Assembly: GCA_963713825.1 (NCBI GenBank)
Contig: CAVQNG010000001.1
Span: forward strand, 32,001-96,000
DNA length: 64,000 bases
Direction of reading: 5' to 3'
DNA from: an uncultured Acidobacteriota bacterium
Lineage (GTDB): Bacteria; Acidobacteriota; Thermoanaerobaculia; Multivoradales; JAHEKO01
Shown: in pieces, positions 57,443 to 64,000 of the stretch
How positions within the stretch are numbered: the first letter of the stretch is position 1
How the letters are laid out: the number at the start of each line of letters is the position of its first letter
The notes under the pieces: generated by a model
The model's input: the letters and a program-made list of their open reading frames with translations, nothing else
What the model was told of the DNA's origin: nothing
The model's database searches: none
Position numbers and translations under genes: made by a program

Positions 57443-57611
57443 TGACGGCCTCTTGAAGTTGTGAGGACTGACCCTACTGTGAATCTCCGATCTCTACCAA
57501 TCGGTGCGCCTCCAACCGCAGGCAAAAGCGGACATTGACTCCTTCGAAATAGGCACTCCATCACTGCTGTTGGGCTGTGCCACCTGGGTGATTCGCTATA
57601 CTCCCGCCACC

Positions 57612-58286
57612 ATGGTGGAGCCGCGAGGAAATGAGATGCTACCGGTTTTCCCCCTGACAGGGACGCTGCTTCTGCCAGGCACGTACCTGCCTCTCAACAT
57701 CTTTGAGGAGCGGTACCTCAACTTGGTCGAGGACGCGCTGCAAGGTGAGCGCAGAATCGGCATGATCCAGCCCTGGATCCCTGGGCTCGACAACTGGGGG
57801 GTTCCGCCTCTCGACCTGCGCGATCCAGAGCTTTATCCAGTCGGCTGCTGCGGCCTTATCAATCAGCACGAGCTGCAGCCTGACGGCCGATATCTCATCG
57901 TTCTGGAGGGGGAGGTGCGATTCCGAATTCGCCGCGAGCTGGAGCAGACACGGGGCTATCGCAGGGTCAGCGCAGACTTCGCTGAATTCGAGATCGACCG
58001 ACTCTCCGAGGAGCCGAACATCGACAAGCAGGAGATCCTGTCGATCTTCGATCGCTTCGCTCGACAGAGAGATCTGGACTTCGACTCGGACCTGCTCGCT
58101 GCCCTGTCCGGGCGCAGGCTGGTCAATGCGCTGAGCACCGCCCTTCCCTTGACTGCCGTCGAGAAGCAGGCCCTGCTCGAGGCCCGGTCTCTCGAAGATC
58201 GGGCCTCGTTGCTGATGACCCTGATGGGGATGGATCTCGAGCCAGGGAGTCAACCCCCGTCGTTTTCACCGCCGGCAATTCACTAG
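57612..58286 (+). CDS. LON peptidase substrate-binding domain protein
   Basis: LPVFPL....LLPG..LPLNIFE.RY, IGMIQP, DGRY.I.L.G..RF, EKQALLE. Confidence 0.9.
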   Translation: MVEPRGNEMLPVFPLTGTLLLPGTYLPLNIFEERYLNLVEDALQGERRIGMIQPWIPGLDNWGVPPLDLRDPELYPVGCCGLINQHELQPDGRYLIVLEGEVRFRIRRELEQTRGYRRVSADFAEFEIDRLSEEPNIDKQEILSIFDRFARQRDLDFDSDLLAALSGRRLVNALSTALPLTAVEKQALLEARSLEDRASLLMTLMGMDLEPGSQPPSFSPPAIH

Positions 58287-58545
58287 CCTGAACATCCTGC
58301 CAAGGCGGGCCAATTTCGAGCGCAGAGCTCGATAGGATGAGCGGCTCCTCGAGTTCGAGACGAGAAAGGACCGTGAGCCGAAGGAGTGTCAAGTCTGTAA
58401 GCCGAGGTATCCTGTCACCTTCGGTCGACCTCGTGACCCAGGAGATCGCTCATGTCAACTCCGGCACCCGTTGTGTTTTGTATCTTTGGTGGTACCGGTG
58501 ATTTGTCCCGGAGAAAGCTCCTGCCGGCGCTCTGCCACCGCCAGC

Positions 58546-60045
58546 CTACGGCGCCGTGCTGGACCAGGCCGAGGTGTCGCCGGACTCGAAGCCGTCGGCG
58601 AGAATCGGGATACGAAGGCTGAACGCATCGATGTGCTCGGGGTCGTTGGTGACTTCGATTCCTGCCGCCAGAATGGCGTTGGCCGAGTTGTCGAGGTATT
58701 CCCGAAAGTCGCTATTGGGATCCTCTGGATCAGCCTTGGGCCAAGAGGTGTATCCGTTGTCCCGGAAGGCCGGAATCAGGGTGTTTTCCGTCGCCCAAAG
58801 GTCGGCCGCAACGGGATCGATGCTGACGATCAGCTCGTCCCTACGGCTGGCTTCGCTGTAGTTCGTCGAAGGACCTCCGTTCGGATGGGCGTTGATCCAG
58901 ATGGCGTCGAGAATATTGAGGTCCGCGAGCTCGACTTCGCCGAGGTGAGCCCCGAGGAGGCCATATCTGATCGCGGCGTGGGAGTTCGTCCCGAGCTCGC
59001 GGGTCACTACACCCATGTAGTCCTTGACGTTGGCCGTCACGCCGTAGATGGAGTGGGACTTGAGCACCGGCAAATTGAGGAACTTGAGATGCTCGCGATC
59101 GTAGCCTTGAGTGACCGGGTCCCAGATCCCGTCTCGCAAGCTGATATAGGTGCCGAACGAGGTCTGGAACTTCGGATAGGAGACGGCCCCGTTGAGCTGA
59201 GCGTCCCAGGGATAGAGCACATATCCGTCTTCGAGATCGCTCGCCGAGAACTCATTGACCTGCGTATTACGGATCGAGGTCCAATCGAATAGAGAGACGT
59301 TATGGCCCAGATCCTGAAAATGGGACACAACGACACTCGGAGAAAGGGCCTGATCCTGAGCGTTGTTGTCGGCCCGATCGAAGTCCTCCACCGATGCGAA
59401 CTGAGCGTTCTCGCAAACGACGATCTCGCCTGTAAAGCCGGACGGGTGATCGACAATGCTTCGAATCACTCCTTGCAGCAGGTCGGTATTGGTTCCACCG
59501 CGTTCGGCCCATTGATAGTTGATCTTGATCACGATCACATCGTTGTCGGCGAGGACTCCGTCTGGGCCGGAGATCCGGGTGGTGGTCGGCGCTTTGTAGA
59601 ACTTGAGTCCCTGTCTACCCATGAGGTCGAGCATCGACTCGAAACAGGGAAATCGATCCCCGATCGGATCCTGCGGACAGCCGCTGACATGAAAGATCTC
59701 GGCTCGGTAGTCGGCCGGAGCCTGCAAAGAGGGTAGCCGTGGGCCTCTGGAGGCCTCCACTCGCGACAGATAGCCCCACGCACCGAATGTGGCGATGAGG
59801 CCGAACGCTGCAGCGGCAATCCCGACGATCGACTGCAGGCTTGCCAGCTTTCTTCGCAGCGCCAGGATCGCCGCGACCAACGGAGCTCCGAAAGCAAGCG
59901 TTGCTGTGGACACCGCAGCCTGTTGACAAGGGTAGGCCAGGCGGCTGGGACGCGACCCACTGCGCAGCAGGAGCCAACACAACGCGAAGACCCCCGCCAC
60001 GTACGCGTTCGCAACAAACCACCGATGGAGGAAGGATCGTCTCAT
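58546..60045 (-). CDS. DUF362-domain protein with C-terminal DGFESG motif
   Basis: SG..PSRL.YPCQ, VIKINYQW..RGGTNTD, NLPVLKSH..YGVTA.VK.YMG, S.DPVA.D.W. Confidence 0.75.
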   Translation of the reverse strand: MRRSFLHRWFVANAYVAGVFALCWLLLRSGSRPSRLAYPCQQAAVSTATLAFGAPLVAAILALRRKLASLQSIVGIAAAAFGLIATFGAWGYLSRVEASRGPRLPSLQAPADYRAEIFHVSGCPQDPIGDRFPCFESMLDLMGRQGLKFYKAPTTTRISGPDGVLADNDVIVIKINYQWAERGGTNTDLLQGVIRSIVDHPSGFTGEIVVCENAQFASVEDFDRADNNAQDQALSPSVVVSHFQDLGHNVSLFDWTSIRNTQVNEFSASDLEDGYVLYPWDAQLNGAVSYPKFQTSFGTYISLRDGIWDPVTQGYDREHLKFLNLPVLKSHSIYGVTANVKDYMGVVTRELGTNSHAAIRYGLLGAHLGEVELADLNILDAIWINAHPNGGPSTNYSEASRRDELIVSIDPVAADLWATENTLIPAFRDNGYTSWPKADPEDPNSDFREYLDNSANAILAAGIEVTNDPEHIDAFSLRIPILADGFESGDTSAWSSTAP

Positions 60046-60202
60046 CGGCTCCTCCAGAAGCCAGCCGGCACCGGAGGGACTTGCCCACTCGGTGTTGATC
60101 AACCCAAGGGTAGGCTAGGTGCAACTCGAACACACCACCCGACGGGGTGGCCACGGTGCGGTGTGTCGAGGGCGAGCCTCGGCTCCTATTGGAGGGTGAG
60201 GA

Positions 60203-61150
60203 CTAGAATCTGCCACTCAGGCTGATTGCCAGGAGAGGCGCGCTGTCGTGGTCGACGGTTCGCCGCTGTTGGGCGTCCTCATTCTCGATTCTGAGCTCGC
60301 CATCGAGGATCAGACCGGTGTAGACGACGAGACTGAGCTTCGGGCTGAAGGTGTGCATGAGCCTGGCGAAGGTGACAATACCCCGTTGCTCGCCGATGCC
60401 GTTCGGCTCGAGATCTCGCTCGTCGAGTCGAAAACGGATGTTGCGGTAGGCGCCTCCAGCACCGAGCTCCCACTTGGGACCGATCTCGTAGGCCAGTTCG
60501 AGACCTGCGGGGCCCGTCGGTCCGACGGTCAGGGGATTCGTCAGACGCCACCGCTCTGTCAGCCGCCAATCGATGCTGATGAACGGGAACCCTCGCGTTT
60601 GTCCGATGCGATCGAAGACGCCGGCACCGAAGCCGAGCTTGCGATCGGGCTGAAACGCGTAGGTGGCGGCAAGCACCACGCCCCAAGTCACCGTGTCGCT
60701 GAAGGCGGCCCCCGATGCTCCGTACGATCCGATCGAGGGGCTGACGAGCATCGTCCACTTCTCGTTGGCTCTCCGGATGACGGGCAACGAGAGGTTGAGT
60801 CCGTGGACTCTGTCCCATGGGCTGGCCGATTCGAGGACGACATCGTCCGAGAACTCGTAGTCGTGGAGGTCATAGCTGACGCTCAGCCCCAGGATCGTCT
60901 TGCGGCTGATCGGTTGGGCGACGCTGGCTCGAACTAGCAGCGTTGAGACCGAGTAACTGCCTTGGGTGTCCAGGTCGGCATCGAACTGCTCCACAAGGGA
61001 GCCCGATAGGGACCAGAAGGGCCCGGGTGGCTTGCCCTCAGCTCCGGGGGTGGGCTGAGCCCCAACGGGGCTGGTCCAGATGACCAGCAGCAGGGGCAGT
61101 ATCCCGAGATGGATGATCCTCGCGGGCGACGTGATCTGGAGACTCGACAT
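60203..61150 (-). CDS. Outer-membrane beta-barrel (DUF6268-like)
   Basis: Signal peptide, amphipathic strands, terminal Phe (SGRF). Confidence 0.7.
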   Translation of the reverse strand: MSSLQITSPARIIHLGILPLLLVIWTSPVGAQPTPGAEGKPPGPFWSLSGSLVEQFDADLDTQGSYSVSTLLVRASVAQPISRKTILGLSVSYDLHDYEFSDDVVLESASPWDRVHGLNLSLPVIRRANEKWTMLVSPSIGSYGASGAAFSDTVTWGVVLAATYAFQPDRKLGFGAGVFDRIGQTRGFPFISIDWRLTERWRLTNPLTVGPTGPAGLELAYEIGPKWELGAGGAYRNIRFRLDERDLEPNGIGEQRGIVTFARLMHTFSPKLSLVVYTGLILDGELRIENEDAQQRRTVDHDSAPLLAISLSGRF

Positions 61151-61392
61151 GCGCGGTATTAGAAGGCAAAGCGACGGCGATAGCAAATAGCTCGCCGATT
61201 TCTCATTCTCATCGATGGCTCAGGTTCAGGGGTCATAGGGGCATGCAGACGAACTGGCTGACAGCAGGGGCAGCGGGATCGGTTCACATGCAACGTGGTT
61301 TACGCTTCCTAACCTGGAGGCCTTCCGATCGGCAGGGTCGCTAGGGGGCCAAGAGTACCGGGTCGAACTGTTGGCTGGGGGAAAAATGAACC

Positions 61393-61418
61393 GCTCGGGG
61401 CACCGAAGTGCCCCGAGC
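61393..61418 (-). terminator. Intrinsic terminator of the fasciclin gene
   Basis: GCTCGGGGCAC-CGAA-GTGCCCCGAGC hairpin followed by a T-rich tract on the minus strand. Confidence 0.7.
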
Positions 61419-61432
61419 AGGGGGAGGGAGGT

Positions 61433-61927
61433 CTACTCGGGGAGTAGAACAGTGTCGATCACGTGGATGACGCCATTGCTCGCCGTGATGTCCGCGGCGG
61501 TGACATTGGAACCATTGACTTTGACAGAGCCGTCCGCAACCACGAAGGCGACGTTCGAGCCTTGCACGGTCGCTGCGGAAGTGCCGTCGGTTACATCGAT
61601 CGCCATCACCTTACCGGGAACCACATGGTAGGTGAGAATTGCCTGGAGCTTGGCTAGGTTCTCGGGCTTCAGAAGGGACTCGACCGTCCCTGCGGGGAGT
61701 GCGGCAAAAGCCTCGTCCGTCGGAGCGAAAACCGTGAAGGGTCCTTCGCCTTTGAGAGTGTCAACGAGTCCGGCGGCCTGGACAGCTGCGACCAGAGTGT
61801 TGAAGTCACCTGCCGCGATAGCGGTGTCGACGATGTCCTGGTTCTTCTCGTGGTGCATTGCAAAAATCGGCATGACGGCCACGAGGGCGAGGAGCGTGAA
61901 GCAAGATACGAGTTTGGTAGAAGTCAT
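61433..61927 (-). CDS. Fasciclin (FAS1) domain protein
   Basis: [40 protein letters not shown]. Confidence 0.95.
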   Translation of the reverse strand: MTSTKLVSCFTLLALVAVMPIFAMHHEKNQDIVDTAIAAGDFNTLVAAVQAAGLVDTLKGEGPFTVFAPTDEAFAALPAGTVESLLKPENLAKLQAILTYHVVPGKVMAIDVTDGTSAATVQGSNVAFVVADGSVKVNGSNVTAADITASNGVIHVIDTVLLPE

Positions 61928-61980
61928 TTCAGCTTCCTTTCAGGTTTAACAGTTGAACTTTTAAAACATTCATAACGTGC

Positions 61981-62008
61981 ATTATAGCCGGGAAGCGAAA
62001 TTTGTCAA
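61981..62008 (-). promoter_or_regulatory. Consensus sigma70 promoter
   Basis: Minus strand: TTGACA-N16-TATAAT upstream of the fasciclin gene. Confidence 0.75.
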
Positions 62009-62155
62009 GTCTTTATATCTGGGAGTTTTTTGATCTAAGAAACATTCAAAGCGTTCGCATTTAGGAGACGCTCGCTGTCGCTGGAACAAACCCTTCGGCT
62101 GGCTTCGCGAATGGTGGTGAGGCCACCTGGGCGAAGGTCCCTTACCAAAATGCAG

Positions 62156-63397
62156 TCAGACCGTCTTGAGGTAGTCGCGGATCATGATGGCCGCCGCCGC
62201 TCCCTCGCCTGCGGCAGAGGCGACTTGCTTGGTGCTTTCCGCTCGCACGTCCCCGGCTGCGAATATGCCCGGCACGCTGGTCTCGAGGATTCGGGGCTCG
62301 GCGCGGTCGAAACCGGGAAGCGGATCGCTCCCATGCACCAGCGTGTGGCCGGTAATGATGAAGCCTTGGGGGTCGCGTCGAACCTCGGTGTCTTCAAGGA
62401 AGCCGGTGTTCGGATCGAGACCGATGAACACGAAGGCGCCAGGCAGCTCGAGCTCTTGGGTCTCGCCGCTCTCGACGTTGCGGATCTTGATCGTGTGCAA
62501 CTTGGATTGCGCGCCTGCAAAGCCTTCGACAACCGTATTGAAACGAACGTCGATCTTGGGATTGCTCAACACGCTCTCCTGAATGATCTGGCTTGCACTC
62601 AGTGCTTCTCCCCTGACGAGAAGAGTCACCCGATCGGCGAAGCGCGTCAGGAAGAGGCTCTCCTCGGCTGCGCTGTTGCCACCGCCGATGACGGCAACGG
62701 GGCGCCCCTTGTAGAAGGGGCCGTCGCAGGTGGCGCAGAAGTGGACTCCGGCACCGATGTACTCGTCCTCTCCTGGGATCTCGAGGCGTCGATAGTGACT
62801 TCCCATGGCGAGCAAAAGGGCTTGGGCACTGTAGATGCTACCGTCGGCTGTCTCGATGCAATGGTAGTTCTCATGGCTGTGAATACTCTCGACCTGCTGG
62901 GCTTGGAGCAGCTCGACTCCGAAGCGCTCAGCCTGGGCCCGCAGGCGCTGAGAGAGCTCGCTGCCGGCCACGCCTTCCGGGAATCCAGGCACGTTGTCGA
63001 GGTGCATCGTGGCCGCTGCCTGTCCGCCGATAGCGGCTCGTTCCACGACGAGGGTGTCGATGCCTTCCCTTGCCGTATAGAGGGCTGCCGTTAGCCCTGC
63101 TGGTCCGCCTCCGACGATGATCAGGTCGTAGTGGTGACGCTCGGCGATGGTCTTGAGGTCCAGCTTGGCGGCCAAATCGGCGTTGGATGGAACGGAGAGC
63201 ACCGAGCCATCGCCGAATGTAATGGTCGGGATGCGACGTTTGCCGGAGTTGGCTTCGATTACGAAATGCTCGCCAGCCTCGTCCTCTTCAATGTCAACCC
63301 AGCGGTAGGGAATCTGATGCTCGCCCAGAAACTGCTTGCTGCGGTGACAATCCGGACACCAAAAGGCGCCATAGACGGTAATCTGAGAATCGCTCAT
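62156..63397 (-). CDS. trxB: Glutaredoxin-like domain fused to thioredoxin reductase
   Basis: N-terminal WCPDC; GGGPAG, CATCDG, GGGNSA.EE, FAAGDVR...KQ..SA.GEG. Confidence 0.9.
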   Translation of the reverse strand: MSDSQITVYGAFWCPDCHRSKQFLGEHQIPYRWVDIEEDEAGEHFVIEANSGKRRIPTITFGDGSVLSVPSNADLAAKLDLKTIAERHHYDLIIVGGGPAGLTAALYTAREGIDTLVVERAAIGGQAAATMHLDNVPGFPEGVAGSELSQRLRAQAERFGVELLQAQQVESIHSHENYHCIETADGSIYSAQALLLAMGSHYRRLEIPGEDEYIGAGVHFCATCDGPFYKGRPVAVIGGGNSAAEESLFLTRFADRVTLLVRGEALSASQIIQESVLSNPKIDVRFNTVVEGFAGAQSKLHTIKIRNVESGETQELELPGAFVFIGLDPNTGFLEDTEVRRDPQGFIITGHTLVHGSDPLPGFDRAEPRILETSVPGIFAAGDVRAESTKQVASAAGEGAAAAIMIRDYLKTV

Positions 63398-63413
63398 CGA
63401 ACCCTCCAACTCG

Positions 63414-63593
63414 TTATCGAACAGCGGCGAGGATCAGTCTCGTTGCGGCCGCGACGGCCGCCGCTGCCGCAAGGGATACGACCCAGGACATTGGACGGCC
63501 AGTCAGAAAGACGAGGACCAACGCGACGAGAGGCGAGGTAAGGAGAGGAACCAGGGACTTCTCGGCTAGCGCCGTCCAACCGATCTGGGTCAT
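63414..63593 (-). CDS. Small hydrophobic hypothetical
   Basis: Two hydrophobic stretches, in the same direction as trxB. Confidence 0.4.
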   Translation of the reverse strand: MTQIGWTALAEKSLVPLLTSPLVALVLVFLTGRPMSWVVSLAAAAAVAAATRLILAAVR

Positions 63594-63739
63594 CCCGATC
63601 TCTTCGAGTCCGGCCAAGCTGCCGGATTGGCAAGTGAGTGAGGCAGAGAGCTGATCCCTTACACCGATTTCGGCGTTAGCCAGTCTCAGGGGTCGAAGCT
63701 ACGCCGGGGGCCGGCGAAAAACTCAGAAGAGTCTGGTAG

Positions 63740-64000
63740 TCAGGCACTCGTCGCGAACCAGACAGCGGGTTCGCCTGCCACACCTGCCTGTTCCATGACT
63801 TCGCGCAGGCGGGCGGAACCCATGAACGCCTGTGCGGCCTCGAGCGTTTCGAAGTCGTGCCAGGCCGTAACATTGTTGGGGTCGTCGACCGATTGGAAGA
63901 CTGCATGGCCCTTGACGCCCATCCCAGCGCGTTCAGCGTCGAAATCGTCATAGGCCTGCTTCCACGTTGCGAAGTCGGTGACGGAGTGGCGAACAAACAT
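63740..64000 (-). CDS. Small dimeric alpha/beta-barrel ('cyclase'-annotated) protein, 5' possibly truncated
   Basis: VRH.V.DF..WK..YD...R...G...F..S..L...M..AGV...P. Confidence 0.7.
   Translation of the reverse strand: MFVRHSVTDFATWKQAYDDFDAERAGMGVKGHAVFQSVDDPNNVTAWHDFETLEAAQAFMGSARLREVMEQAGVAGEPAVWFATSA

Noticed and set aside
61940-62015. CarH/LitR operator upstream of the fasciclin gene
   Set aside because: TnnACA-like hexamers are not at a consistent 11-bp period.

Overview
GC-rich bacterial DNA. The Ser/Thr kinase-TPR protein and a C-terminal DGFESGDxSAW motif suggest Acidobacteriota such as Thermoanaerobaculia (inference). About 1-45 kb is an accessory island built as a tandem array of at least three modules. 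Each module ends on its right in a plasmid-type repA gene (RepA_C/IncW-like): two full-length copies at 3308-4165 and 32371-33294, and a remnant at 44677-44799. Each repA is followed by a conserved att-like junction. Two junctions contain the 3' half of a tRNA-Leu(UAA) bracketed by GGTAACAATTTTGGTAACA direct repeats; the third breaks off at the anticodon stem. No integrase, relaxase, transposase or phage gene is seen in the window. Each module carries its own regulator and exported cargo: (i) AraC plus sulfatase; (ii) a 29.1-kb module with a MalT-like LuxR regulator, five copies of a conserved promoter motif, six DUF1254/DUF1214 paralogues, SphA-type porins, a sulfatase, MscS and VapBC; (iii) an 11.5-kb module with a wHTH-TPR regulator, a DcaP porin, three amidohydrolases, a NylB-like hydrolase and two TA pairs. 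From about 46 kb onward the window looks like ordinary chromosome (kinase, GcvT-family oxidoreductase, VWD protein, LON-N, DUF362, fasciclin, glutaredoxin-TrxR fusion). All family assignments are from motif recognition by eye; no database searches were run.
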